From: a virus
Taxonomy: Duplodnaviria; Caudoviricetes
IMG/VR virus record: IMGVR_UViG_3300047157_000186
Direction: 5' to 3' (one strand)
Length of the DNA stretch: 64,000 bases
A model generated the notes under the pieces. It did no database searches. It was not told the origin of the DNA and saw only the letters and a list, made by a program, of their open reading frames with translations. Positions within the stretch are counted from its first letter, which is position 1. Each line of letters begins with the position of its first letter. Position numbers and translations under genes: made by a program. This document shows positions 45,634 through 56,051 of the stretch, one piece after another.

Positions 45634-45994
45634 TCGTAGAGAGCGTAGATACAGATTAAAACAACAAGGTGTATTAAAATATCTTAGTAAAAAGAATTTC
45701 TTAGATCCTATTCGTGCAAACTTCAGAGCTGAAAATATGAAAACTGGAGAAAAGATTCAATCTATAAGAAGGGAAGCTATAGATAAACAACTAGAAGCTG
45801 ACTTCATGATTAAATTAGAAAGCATGAAAGAAACATGGTATGAAATTGGATATAACTCTAAAGAAATTGAATTATTAGAAGAGGCTGCAGCTATTCACTT
45901 TGCAAAAGATAAATCTACTTGGAAAGATGATAAAAAAGAAGCAAAAGAATTAAGAAAAAAAGCTAAAGATTCTTTAGCATCTAGAAAACAATAA
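45581..45994 (+). CDS. hypothetical basic helical protein
   Basis: Open ORF; PNRRERRYRLKQ. Confidence 0.7.
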   Translation: MEEQTTQAQKTETQAIPNRRERRYRLKQQGVLKYLSKKNFLDPIRANFRAENMKTGEKIQSIRREAIDKQLEADFMIKLESMKETWYEIGYNSKEIELLEEAAAIHFAKDKSTWKDDKKEAKELRKKAKDSLASRKQ

Positions 45995-45997
45995 TAT

Positions 45998-46321
45998 ATG
46001 TTAAGTATTGGTATTGAGCCCGCAGATAATGGTGTAATAAAAACACTAGTAGATGATAACATCAATGGAGGTGGAGAAGACTTTGAGGCTCGTCAAGTTT
46101 ATGAATTTGAAGGGCCAATGAAAAGATCAAATCAAGTTAAGTTTTTAAAAGATTTAATATTTGATTTAGGAATGGACGTAGGAACTGAATTAGACAATGA
46201 TCTTCTTCAGATATATGTCGGATGGGGTGCACAACACATAAGTACGTCTGACAACGAAATTAAAAATAAAATCCAAATCTTAGAGAAAGAAATCAAAAGA
46301 CTTGGATCCATGTTAAAATAA
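45998..46321 (+). CDS. hypothetical protein
   Basis: Open ORF in operon context. Confidence 0.7.
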   Translation: MLSIGIEPADNGVIKTLVDDNINGGGEDFEARQVYEFEGPMKRSNQVKFLKDLIFDLGMDVGTELDNDLLQIYVGWGAQHISTSDNEIKNKIQILEKEIKRLGSMLK

Positions 46322-46734
46322 TGAATGTAAAAATAGAAGGAGTTTGGTGTAAAACAAGGACAGAGTTTGATAAGTTGTCTAAAAAAGGTGACTATGATTT
46401 GTCAGTGTCTTATTATGATATATTTAATCGTTTGATTAAAAGTGATCCTAATAATGCCGAGCCTTCTAATATTATTATTTCTATATACATTAGAAAAAGT
46501 ATTCAAAAGGTTTTATGGGATTTAGATGAAAAAGAAGAACGCGATGATGTTAAAATTCTTTACATGTTTAAATCCTTAAGTGCAGATACCGTTAATGGTT
46601 TCAGAGACTTTATTAACTCTATGGTTGAAGAAGATTGTGAATTAGATTTACTTGTGGTTAATAGATGCGACTTTCCAAAAACAGGCGTCTTAAGTAAATT
46701 TGACAATGTTCGATTCATAGATAACAATGATTAA
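46321..46734 (+). CDS. hypothetical protein
   Basis: TAATG overlap with the upstream gene. Confidence 0.7.
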   Translation: MNVKIEGVWCKTRTEFDKLSKKGDYDLSVSYYDIFNRLIKSDPNNAEPSNIIISIYIRKSIQKVLWDLDEKEERDDVKILYMFKSLSADTVNGFRDFINSMVEEDCELDLLVVNRCDFPKTGVLSKFDNVRFIDNND

Positions 46735-47326
46735 ACACAAACTCTTTTCTAAGGGTGATCAGATTCATGCCCTTATTTCTACTACACAGCAACCTAACTT
46801 ATTAATTCCTGTTAGGGCTACAATTTATGATGTTAAGTTTGATGACGTAAATCCTCAATATCAACTTAGAATTAAAAAGTTCTATGATCCAGTATATTTC
46901 TTAAAAAAGAATCTTTTTGGTGGACGATTTATTAAAAACTTTGAGGGAAAGGACACTAAAATAAATTTAAAAAGAGGTTTATATTCTACAGTTGCAGATA
47001 TTGAGAACAATATATTCAATGGTGCCAAATGGAAACAATATATGATTGTAGTAGACTCTGTGTTCTGTACGAGAACTCGGGTTGAACAAGAAAATCTTTT
47101 TAATAGAATACAAACCTTCCATGTTGAGATGAAACTGAAAGAGTTATATGAGCTAGTAAATAGATCTTCATATAGAAACGGTGAATTTTATTGGCACACA
47201 AAGGGTGAATACGTAAAATCTTTACAAAAATTTTTAGGAGATAAATATCCTAAAGATGACAAATGGTCTGATAATCTACTATATAGACCTGATACCGATG
47301 AGATGGACAACGTTGAATGGGTATAA
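46727..47326 (+). CDS. hypothetical protein
   Basis: Open ORF overlapping the upstream gene. Confidence 0.7.
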   Translation: MIKHKLFSKGDQIHALISTTQQPNLLIPVRATIYDVKFDDVNPQYQLRIKKFYDPVYFLKKNLFGGRFIKNFEGKDTKINLKRGLYSTVADIENNIFNGAKWKQYMIVVDSVFCTRTRVEQENLFNRIQTFHVEMKLKELYELVNRSSYRNGEFYWHTKGEYVKSLQKFLGDKYPKDDKWSDNLLYRPDTDEMDNVEWV

Positions 47327-47380
47327 ATATATTATCCTACTATAATACGTAGATATATATAAAAAAAGAAATTCATATTT

Positions 47381-49225
47381 ATGTCTGGAATTGGTAATGA
47401 TGCAAATTTTATTTTTAAGAAGGTTTTAAACGTTGTTGATAAAACCACAGGTTTAGAAGTATCTGAATATTTTTATGATGATACTGTAAATGGAAGAGAA
47501 GTTATAACTAGAACACCAAAATCCGGTGCTCTTGATTCTCCTAAACCATCGGCAGCAGACCAGAAAGGAACTGGAAAAACAACTTTAAGTCAAGAAAGTG
47601 TTTTTGGAGAAGCACAAAGCGGAAGTTCAATGTATCCTGAAAAAGGTGTAGATTCCAGAGCATATCCTATAAAATCCGTAGTGAGCGGTGAAAAAGGAGA
47701 CACATATGAAGACAAAGGTGAAACAGTTACTTTTGGAAAAGCTCCTCGAAGTTTATTTAATAATTGGACATTACATAGATATCAAAACAGGGTAGGTACA
47801 GTTTCAGAAGACTCTGGTACAGAATACAATGGTAAAACATATAATAAACCAGTAACTGCTGCATTAGCACAAAACTTACAAAAAAATCCAACAGCAAGAA
47901 ATATTGTAGAGTATTCACAGTCTGTTGGAGGTGCATGCTTCTCTTATAGTTATAGTGATTTTATTCAAATGGAACACTATGGTCAAATATCTAATGATTA
48001 TTTAGTTACACTTAGAAGATTTGCATATCCTGTAGGTGATGACTTATTAAGTCCTAAAACTGCAGGAACCAAAGGTAAAAAGGTAGATTCTTCTGCACCT
48101 GATTTGGCAAGAGCAGTGACGTGGTTATCTCCAGGTTTAGGTAATGATTTAAAAGAAATATTAAAATTCACAACAGGATATCAATGGAAAGAAGCTAAAT
48201 CAGAAATACAAGATGCACAATCAAGACAATCTGATAGAGGTGCAGCTGGAGCCGCAATTGATAATAGTAAATATGGAGCTGCGATTGAATCAGGATTAAA
48301 TGGTTTTACATCGGTTCAAGCTAAAAAACTTAGAAATGCAGGTAACGTAGATCACACTAAAGAAACTTACCCAAATAAAGTATTTGGACCTCTTAATATT
48401 ATAGATAAAGTTCTAGCTAGAGAAAAAGGACTTAAATTTGAACAAGAATTTAAATTATCATTTCATTATGACTTAAAGGCATATCCAGGTACTAGTCCAA
48501 AGGTTGCATTTATGGATACACTAGCCAACGTATTGGCACTTACATATAGTAACGCACCATTTTGGGGAGGAGCTACTAGATTTTCTGGATCTGGTGCAAC
48601 TGGAAAGCCATTCGGTGATACGGCTTTATTAGAGAAAGGTGATTATGCTGGTTATTTAGGTTCTATTGCTGACACTCTTGCAGGTATGGGTGGTAATTTT
48701 ATGGATCAACTTAAGAAAACTGCAAGTAATATTAAAAACGGTGAAGGTATTAATAAAATTCTAGGTGATTCTTCTATTCTTGAAAATATCGTAGGTGGAG
48801 GTTTAATGAAAATGATGGGAGGACCTAGTGGTGGTGATGTAATTAAAGCTTTTTTAACAGGTGATCCTACTGGAAACTGGCATGTGACTATAGGTAATCC
48901 AATGAATCCTATAATGGTATGCGGAAACTTATGTTTAGAAGATACTAATTTTTCATTTGAAGGACCACTCGGTTTTGAAGGATTTCCTACTAAACTGAAA
49001 GTTGAAACTACTTTAAAACCTGGAAGACCAAGAGATAAAACAGATATTGAATCTATGTTTAATGCTGGTCGAGGTAGAATGTATTTACAACCAGAATGGG
49101 GTGAAGGTGAAGGAATAGACATAGATGCAATGTTAAATGTGGATGCATATGGAGATAAATCTGGAAAAGGAAATCTTGCTAATAAACCATATATGAGTAG
49201 ATTATCTGATATGTCTGCTGGTTAA
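47381..49225 (+). CDS. putative baseplate/tail-tube junction structural protein
   Basis: First gene of the baseplate block; GNWHVTIGNPMNPI...P...KVETTLKPGRPRD resembles T4 gp48/gp54-type folds; GATATATA at 47352-47359. Confidence 0.5.
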   Translation: MSGIGNDANFIFKKVLNVVDKTTGLEVSEYFYDDTVNGREVITRTPKSGALDSPKPSAADQKGTGKTTLSQESVFGEAQSGSSMYPEKGVDSRAYPIKSVVSGEKGDTYEDKGETVTFGKAPRSLFNNWTLHRYQNRVGTVSEDSGTEYNGKTYNKPVTAALAQNLQKNPTARNIVEYSQSVGGACFSYSYSDFIQMEHYGQISNDYLVTLRRFAYPVGDDLLSPKTAGTKGKKVDSSAPDLARAVTWLSPGLGNDLKEILKFTTGYQWKEAKSEIQDAQSRQSDRGAAGAAIDNSKYGAAIESGLNGFTSVQAKKLRNAGNVDHTKETYPNKVFGPLNIIDKVLAREKGLKFEQEFKLSFHYDLKAYPGTSPKVAFMDTLANVLALTYSNAPFWGGATRFSGSGATGKPFGDTALLEKGDYAGYLGSIADTLAGMGGNFMDQLKKTASNIKNGEGINKILGDSSILENIVGGGLMKMMGGPSGGDVIKAFLTGDPTGNWHVTIGNPMNPIMVCGNLCLEDTNFSFEGPLGFEGFPTKLKVETTLKPGRPRDKTDIESMFNAGRGRMYLQPEWGEGEGIDIDAMLNVDAYGDKSGKGNLANKPYMSRLSDMSAG

Positions 49226-49239
49226 AATAAACTAATAGG

Positions 49240-50130
49240 ATGGAATTTAAAATATTTGTAAATAAAAAAATAGGAGACGGTAAATTATTTTTAGCTCAAC
49301 CTACTATGCTGTTCGGAAGTTTAAATCCCGAAGATTATGTAATGGTTGCTAAACATATCGTTAAAGATGATGATTTAGTAAGACCTGATAGAATTGCTAC
49401 TGAACACTATGGTACTACTTCAGGATTAGACATTATATTAAAATTCAATGGTATTTCTGATCCTTTTTCTATTAACGTAGGTGAAGAACTTTGGATTCCT
49501 ATGGACACTATTCCTTATTTTAGATTAGAATCTCCACAAATGTATGAGGATAATCCTATTAAGAATCAGTTTATAAAAACTAAACGATTAAGTAAAACTG
49601 ATCAAAGAAGATTAAAGGCACTTAAAAAGAAATATAACAAAGAAAACTTATTGCCACCTAATGTTATTCCAGTTGGTAGAAAAAATTACGAGTTTGATGG
49701 TTCTAACATTAGATTTGGTATGGGACCACAAACGGATGCCGTAGTTGATTCTATATTATCTGATATTAGAAATCAAGATAAATTTGATAATTCTTCAGAT
49801 GAAGAAGCAACTGTAGCTGAGCTTATAATAGATGCAAATGACAATTCACAATTAACAAACAGTAGTGGAAACGGAAGCGGAAGTGGAAACGGAGGCGGAA
49901 GTGGAAAATTATATGAAGATCTTTTATCTGAAAATAGTGGAGTAGTTCAAACTGAACGTGGTAGTGGAACGGGTAGTGGAACAGCTAATGGAACAGGTAG
50001 TGGAAACGGAGGCGGAAGTGGAAGAACAGACACTGCTGATAATGTAGGTGGAGATGAACCCGATGGAACTGCACCTGGAAATGCTGACAACAATCCAACA
50101 AATAACCCAGACGCACCTTGCTCTAAATAA
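49240..50130 (+). CDS. LysM-like baseplate wedge protein (T4 gp53-like) with Gly/Ser/Asn-rich tail
   Basis: HIVKDDDLVRPDRIATEHYG...IILKFNGISDPFSINVGEELWIP. Confidence 0.7.
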   Translation: MEFKIFVNKKIGDGKLFLAQPTMLFGSLNPEDYVMVAKHIVKDDDLVRPDRIATEHYGTTSGLDIILKFNGISDPFSINVGEELWIPMDTIPYFRLESPQMYEDNPIKNQFIKTKRLSKTDQRRLKALKKKYNKENLLPPNVIPVGRKNYEFDGSNIRFGMGPQTDAVVDSILSDIRNQDKFDNSSDEEATVAELIIDANDNSQLTNSSGNGSGSGNGGGSGKLYEDLLSENSGVVQTERGSGTGSGTANGTGSGNGGGSGRTDTADNVGGDEPDGTAPGNADNNPTNNPDAPCSK

Positions 50131-50138
50131 CATACTAT

Positions 50139-52046
50139 ATGGAATTATCTAACAATATATTAGCAGTTGTAGAACCAGCGATTAGGCCAACTGAGATCAA
50201 GATGGATGCACTTGCTGAAGAAAAGAAAGACGAGGCAGAGTACAAGCAATCTACTATGGTTGCAACTCTTAAACCATTTATACTTATTAATGGTTATCAA
50301 TTTGCACCGACTGACGTTATACGTTTTGAGTTAAATTTAATGGGTGATTTACCAGAATGTGAAATTGAATTGAGCGACGAAGCTGGAAAATTTGCAGTTG
50401 GTAGTTATCCAAGAGATGGTGATTTCTTCACAATACTTATAAATTCTAAAAATCAAGAAACATTTAAATCTATTCATATGGATTTTGATATTATAAGCTG
50501 TGAATCCCCAAAAGATGGAAATGTTGGAACTGCTGTATTTGAAATATTTGGAGTTTGTAAAATTCCTAGAATGCAGGCCGAAGATTGTAGAAATTTTGAA
50601 AGTGCAGATTCTTTAACTCATATGGAAGAAGTAGCCCGAGACTTAGAATTGGGTTTAGCAACTAATATTGATGCGGCTGACGATGCACAGTCTAGAATTA
50701 TGGCGTTTGAACCATATCTTAGTTTTATAAAAAAGATAATCAAAGAAAGTTATATAGGTGAAGAATCTTTTCAAAAGTTTTGGATCGATCCATACTACTA
50801 TATGAATTACGTAGATGTAAATGCATTGTTTAATTCACCTAATCCACCGATAGAAGAATTTGCTGAATCATTGGCTTCAGCTGCTGAATCAATGGTGGCT
50901 ACAACTGATGCTGAAAAAAATGCTAAAACAGGAAACGACATTGAGGTACCATTACTATTGACAAATCATGTTGCTTTTATGGGAAATAGTTCATTTATAG
51001 AGAAATCTAATATATTAAATAATTCTGCAAATGTTAGTGCAAAAAACGGATATGCCAGAGAAGTAACTATTTATAATAACAACGGTGATGCTGGTGAGAG
51101 AAAACAAGAATTTAGAATAGAGTCTTTAGGTGGAAATGATTTAAAAGAATTAGAAGAGCCACTAAAGGGTAATAGAAATGATAAAAGACATATTGATCAA
51201 ATCAAATATAAGTATATTGGAAGACAAGAGGCCGGTGATGATGGATTGGGTAACGTACACCCCAATGCTGCATTTTCACAATTGCACAATGCACAAAATG
51301 AGGCTGAAACACAAAAAATGAAATTAGAAGTTACTTTAAATTCATTTAATCCATCTTTATATAAATATCAAAAGATTCCTGTTTTAATGTATATTACTAA
51401 CCCTAAAGCCATACAACAAAACGAAAGAATTAAAGGTGATAAAAAAGAATTAGGCATGGATAAAGATGAGCCTTTTGGATTGGAAGAAGCTAGTGAAGAT
51501 TTAGCAGATGTTGGTAAAAATAGTCCAAGTCAATCTTTAGATTCATTTTTGTCAGGTTATTATATAATTGAAAGTATTATATATGAAGTAGAAGAAGATG
51601 TCACAAAACAAACAATGATACTTCTTAGAAGAGAATGGCCAACAAGAACAGAAAATCTAATTAATCCACCTGGACTTGAAGATGCTACTGATGAAGAAAA
51701 AGCAGATAATGTGGCTGAAAATAGCCCGGAACCAGCACCTGAACCAACTCCAGAACCAACACCAGAACCAACCCCAGAACCAACACCAGAGCCTACACCA
51801 GAGCCTACACCAGAGCCTACACCGGAACCTACACCAGAGTCAACGCCACATGTATATGAAATATTAATAACTGGTAATATGTTGAGAATAGTTGTATTTG
51901 ATGCAAGTGGTGCTGAAGTATATAGAGGTGACCCTAGAATTAGAACAAATACAATATTAGATGAGGGCGGAGTTGTAAATGAAGCTAAAGCATTTTTAGA
52001 TCCATCGAAACAAGACCCTAACGTCCAAAATATGCAAAAAAAATAA
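50139..52046 (+). CDS. putative baseplate hub protein (gp27-like) with Pro-Glu-Pro-Thr linker
   Basis: Lies between the LysM and spike genes; FLSGYYIIESIIY C-terminal barrel motif; (PEPT)n linker. Confidence 0.55.
   Translation: MELSNNILAVVEPAIRPTEIKMDALAEEKKDEAEYKQSTMVATLKPFILINGYQFAPTDVIRFELNLMGDLPECEIELSDEAGKFAVGSYPRDGDFFTILINSKNQETFKSIHMDFDIISCESPKDGNVGTAVFEIFGVCKIPRMQAEDCRNFESADSLTHMEEVARDLELGLATNIDAADDAQSRIMAFEPYLSFIKKIIKESYIGEESFQKFWIDPYYYMNYVDVNALFNSPNPPIEEFAESLASAAESMVATTDAEKNAKTGNDIEVPLLLTNHVAFMGNSSFIEKSNILNNSANVSAKNGYAREVTIYNNNGDAGERKQEFRIESLGGNDLKELEEPLKGNRNDKRHIDQIKYKYIGRQEAGDDGLGNVHPNAAFSQLHNAQNEAETQKMKLEVTLNSFNPSLYKYQKIPVLMYITNPKAIQQNERIKGDKKELGMDKDEPFGLEEASEDLADVGKNSPSQSLDSFLSGYYIIESIIYEVEEDVTKQTMILLRREWPTRTENLINPPGLEDATDEEKADNVAENSPEPAPEPTPEPTPEPTPEPTPEPTPEPTPEPTPEPTPESTPHVYEILITGNMLRIVVFDASGAEVYRGDPRIRTNTILDEGGVVNEAKAFLDPSKQDPNVQNMQKK
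51726..51849 (+). repeat. 12-bp tandem repeat encoding (PEPT)n
   Basis: About ten CCAGA(A/G)CC(A/T)AC(A/T/C) units. Confidence 0.9.
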
Positions 52047-52059
52047 AGATAAATAATAT

Positions 52060-53487
52060 ATGTCAGACTTTAAACATATTAACGAGTTTAGAAAAGGTTC
52101 TGTTTTAAGTAAGATCAGTGAAGATCCAACTTATCTCAGTTTTTTCTTTATGTTTGACGGTGTAGATAGGGAACATTCTCCTTTATTGGCAGGTCCAGCA
52201 GAAGAGTATCTAGAAAAAATGGTAGATGCTAATATGGGTACAACGTATGCCAAAAAATTAGCTAATTTTAGAAAGGTTCTTTTTAAAATCAATAAAGAAA
52301 TGCCATGGTTTTGGCAAAGTGTTACAGGTTTAGAGTTAGTTGAGACTTATGGTAAAATGGATGAGCCATTTAGAGGACAAGAAACTCCTAAGATAGAAAT
52401 AGAATGTTTAGAAGAAAACGTAGAGTTAACTGCAGTTGCATTGATGACACTATATAAGAATGCATGTTATGATTTTAGAAGATATGTAGAAATCTTACCT
52501 AAAAATTTAAGACACTTTAGAGTTTGGACTGTACTTTCAGAAGTTAGGACATTTCAACAAAGTACGGTCGCTAGGGATTTGAACTTATATGGCGCTGAAA
52601 TGCCAGGTAATGAAGCAGGTACTTCTGTTAATCTTATTCCTAGAGCTAAGGGTTATGAAACTGCAGCTGGTAGAAATGCTGGTAAGTTTGATGCTCCATT
52701 AGTTAAACAATATACTGCTGATGCCAAACCACATATTATGTTTGAATTAGGTTTTTGTGAATGGCAAATAGACACAATTGCTGGCATATTTGCAGATCAA
52801 TCTAAAAACCCTGAAAAGAAAAAACCAAAAGTATCATTTACTTGGAATACTGGCTTTATGTCAGGTTCTAAGTTTGGAGAAAACATATCAGAAGAAGAAA
52901 AAAGTCCATTATTTCCGGATGCAAAACCAGATGATGGTTTATATCCTAATCAGCCTTTTAATCCATTAGCGATTGCACAAAATGCAATAAGCGATAAAGT
53001 TAATGGACTTGCAGGTGGTTTAGTAAATAGATTTAATAATTTAAAAAATGGTTTACCAGGATTTGGTAATAATCCTTTAGGTAGAGTTTATCCAGAAGGT
53101 TTAACAGGAGCTGCAGCCTCTTTAGCAAATAGAGGCATGGATGCTGTAAAAGGATTGTTATTAGATAACGTACATGGAAGTACAGGTTTCTTAGGAAGTT
53201 TAAGTGATATTAATAGTGCGCTAGAAGCAGGAAGTGTAAATGCTATTTTAAATTTAGCTGGACAATTAAATCCAAATAATACTAATGTTCCAAGTAATGG
53301 GAATATTACACCGGTTGGTGTATATGATCCAGGAATAGATAGTTCCCCTGATTTTCCAATTAATCAAAAGGTATATGATCCTGTTGCACAAGAACCAGAA
53401 AGTCAAAACATTACACCTGGAAGAATTCATGAACCTGGTGTTGATAGTAGTCCAGATGATAACATTAACGAGAACGTACACTCATAA
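52060..53487 (+). CDS. putative tail/baseplate structural protein
   Basis: Position in the baseplate block; GATAAATA at 52048-52055; no diagnostic motif recognised. Confidence 0.5.
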   Translation: MSDFKHINEFRKGSVLSKISEDPTYLSFFFMFDGVDREHSPLLAGPAEEYLEKMVDANMGTTYAKKLANFRKVLFKINKEMPWFWQSVTGLELVETYGKMDEPFRGQETPKIEIECLEENVELTAVALMTLYKNACYDFRRYVEILPKNLRHFRVWTVLSEVRTFQQSTVARDLNLYGAEMPGNEAGTSVNLIPRAKGYETAAGRNAGKFDAPLVKQYTADAKPHIMFELGFCEWQIDTIAGIFADQSKNPEKKKPKVSFTWNTGFMSGSKFGENISEEEKSPLFPDAKPDDGLYPNQPFNPLAIAQNAISDKVNGLAGGLVNRFNNLKNGLPGFGNNPLGRVYPEGLTGAAASLANRGMDAVKGLLLDNVHGSTGFLGSLSDINSALEAGSVNAILNLAGQLNPNNTNVPSNGNITPVGVYDPGIDSSPDFPINQKVYDPVAQEPESQNITPGRIHEPGVDSSPDDNINENVHS

Positions 53488-53489
53488 GC

Positions 53490-54206
53490 ATGAATGATAA
53501 AGAATTAGTTGAAGATAATCTAAGAGAAACTCATTGGTTAGGAGAAGTTGTAGTAAACGAAGATCCTTTACTTAATGGTAGATGTCGCGTAAAAGTTTAT
53601 GGTAAATTTGATAAACTGACAGATGATGCTATTCCATGGGCAACTCCTATGAATAGAGATCAAATTGGATCACATGCTGTTCCAAGAGTTGGCGATATTG
53701 TTGCAGTTAGATTTGATAACGGAAACATATACCACCCAGAATATTGGTTTCAGATTGATCAAAATCCAGATTTAAAGACAGATATATTGGAAGCATCTGA
53801 TGCACCACATGATGTAATTAGTTTAGTATATGATGCAGAAAGAAATGTTAGAATATATCATTCACCTGAAGATGGCTTAGTTATTACTCGAGGGAGTGGA
53901 GCCAAGGAAAGACCGATGATACAGATAGACGAAGAAGGATTCATTAAAATAAGCACAGATGCGAAGATGTTCTTAGACTGTGGTGATATATTCGTTTCAA
54001 ATGAAGGTGAACCAGGTGCTGATGAAACAGAGCCAGCAGTGAGAGGTCAATCTTTACAAGATTGGTTACAAACATGGTTAGATGATTATAATGCACATAT
54101 TCACCCAACTGGAGTTGGACCATCTGGTCCTCCCATGCCACCTACACCAGCAACCGTAGGTAAATTATCAAGTTCTCATATTAAGTATCAACAAAAGAAT
54201 AAGTAG
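53490..54206 (+). CDS. baseplate central spike (gp5/gpV-like)
   Basis: WLGEVVVNEDPLLNGRCRVKV OB-fold start, VPRVGDIVAVRFDNG...P, and C-terminal HIHPTGVGPSGPP metal-binding apex. Confidence 0.85.
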   Translation: MNDKELVEDNLRETHWLGEVVVNEDPLLNGRCRVKVYGKFDKLTDDAIPWATPMNRDQIGSHAVPRVGDIVAVRFDNGNIYHPEYWFQIDQNPDLKTDILEASDAPHDVISLVYDAERNVRIYHSPEDGLVITRGSGAKERPMIQIDEEGFIKISTDAKMFLDCGDIFVSNEGEPGADETEPAVRGQSLQDWLQTWLDDYNAHIHPTGVGPSGPPMPPTPATVGKLSSSHIKYQQKNK

Positions 54207-54208
54207 TT

Positions 54209-56005
54209 ATGCCTGCACTGTGGCCAACATTCATACCAAATTTAGCAGCTGATATTGCTGGGCGAGAATTTACAAAACCAGGTGGTGCTATAGTTTCATA
54301 TGCTCTTCCAAAGGTTGGTGTTAATCAAGTTCCTATTTTTCCTCCATCTTTAGATCTAATAAAATCTATTAAACCTGGAAATCCACTAAACGTATCATTA
54401 ACAACAGATCCTACTGCAATGATAAATGCTATTAATCTTGCACCTCTAAGTGGAAGATATGATTTTGGTGTAAGAGTTGCTGAAAGATATTTAGAAGCTG
54501 TAAAAGGTTTAGCAATGACACCGTTTGGTGCAACGCATACTAATAATCCTGCTGCTGAATTTCTTTTAAAACAAGGTTATGGCTTAGTATTTGAACGATT
54601 ATTAAAAGAGGGTGATATTCCATTGCAAGATCAATATGATGAAGATGGTAATTTAACTGAAATGGGTAAAGAGTCACATCCTGATTATGCTGATTTTTGT
54701 CCAGATCCAGTTGAGGAACCAGATCCAATTGAGGAACAAAAGAAATTAGATAAGAAATTTAGTAAGTTTATAGACGAGTATAAGAATGATTCTGCTATGG
54801 ATTTAAAAAAGTTTAGATTTTTTGAATTTCCATGTTTAACTGGAGATGAATCGCAAGAGGATTTAGAAAAACTTTTTGCTTCTAGATTATTACAACAATT
54901 TAGCGGTATTACAAACGTAAACACTAAATGGGAATTCTATATTTGGTTAGCATGTCTTGGTTCAGAAAACTATAGTAATTCGAGTGGATTTGGAGGAAAC
55001 TGGTCGGGTTTACCATATCCTAATATTAGTAACGAAACTAGAAGTGATATTGAAGATGCAGGTTATAGTTGGACACAGCTTGCTAATAATGTAAGTAGCA
55101 TATGTGTTGAAGCAATTCATGATGCACATCCAGGTGAAGAATCTGAAAGTGCATTTTTTAACACAAACGCACTAAGACAGAGAATTCAAAAAGATGCCAC
55201 TAATGAAATTGTTTTGCCTATAGAATTAGAATGTCCACTAAATAGGTATAAAATACAGGTTGCATATGATTACGAAACTGATAGTAAAAGACCTAAAATT
55301 TTAACATCACATGTTATTGCGACATTTAGTTGGTATCCTGGTGTAAGAAGCGGATCGTTTAGTGCAAATGCAGAAGGTATTGTTACTAATGCTCCTAAAT
55401 TTACAAAAAATAATAATTGGGTTAAATCAAAGTATAGAGATCAAGAATTAAAAAATGGTTGGCGCAAAATTCCAAATGCAATGAGCAACGCTAGAACACC
55501 TGAACATGTGATTGATATAAACCCAACATCAGGTGGAACTATATTTAAATTTCAAAGACAACAAGTGATCGACGCTAAGGCCGCTGCAGAAGAATGTGAT
55601 GCTGCAGAAGAAGATAGTAATATAGATTATACTTGGCCAGGTGGTGATCCTTATGAAGAAATGGCAGAAATAACTATTGCATATTGGTATGCATGTTTAG
55701 TGAAACCATTTACACCATCTCCATCTGCTTTGCCAGCATTGATTCCTCCTCCACTTACTGGAATTTATATTCCAATTTATTATGGTGGTAAAAAAAGATT
55801 GGCTAAGAATTTAAGAAGAGCATGGAATACCGGGAAAACATTTTCAGTTATTCCTGCTCCAATGCCACCTGCATTAGCAGTTTCAACAGCTGTTGCGGCT
55901 GCGTATATGTTACACTTATTAGAATTTAAATTATTATATCTTGGTGGAATTCCTACACCTGCTGGACCAGTGCCAATGGTTGGAATTGTTCCTGTAGTAT
56001 TCTAA
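54209..56005 (+). CDS. putative baseplate-associated structural protein
   Basis: Follows the spike gene; Pro-rich hydrophobic C-terminus (GGIPTPAGPVPMVG). Confidence 0.5.
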   Translation: MPALWPTFIPNLAADIAGREFTKPGGAIVSYALPKVGVNQVPIFPPSLDLIKSIKPGNPLNVSLTTDPTAMINAINLAPLSGRYDFGVRVAERYLEAVKGLAMTPFGATHTNNPAAEFLLKQGYGLVFERLLKEGDIPLQDQYDEDGNLTEMGKESHPDYADFCPDPVEEPDPIEEQKKLDKKFSKFIDEYKNDSAMDLKKFRFFEFPCLTGDESQEDLEKLFASRLLQQFSGITNVNTKWEFYIWLACLGSENYSNSSGFGGNWSGLPYPNISNETRSDIEDAGYSWTQLANNVSSICVEAIHDAHPGEESESAFFNTNALRQRIQKDATNEIVLPIELECPLNRYKIQVAYDYETDSKRPKILTSHVIATFSWYPGVRSGSFSANAEGIVTNAPKFTKNNNWVKSKYRDQELKNGWRKIPNAMSNARTPEHVIDINPTSGGTIFKFQRQQVIDAKAAAEECDAAEEDSNIDYTWPGGDPYEEMAEITIAYWYACLVKPFTPSPSALPALIPPPLTGIYIPIYYGGKKRLAKNLRRAWNTGKTFSVIPAPMPPALAVSTAVAAAYMLHLLEFKLLYLGGIPTPAGPVPMVGIVPVVF

Positions 56006-56051
56006 AAAATAATAGGATATATATTATGTTACACCTTTAATATAAAAATAA

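Noticed and set aside
51960-51990. GGVVNEA in the hub protein tail as another ESVVNE linker
   Set aside because: Single partial match without the leading ES, in a protein that lacks the leader.
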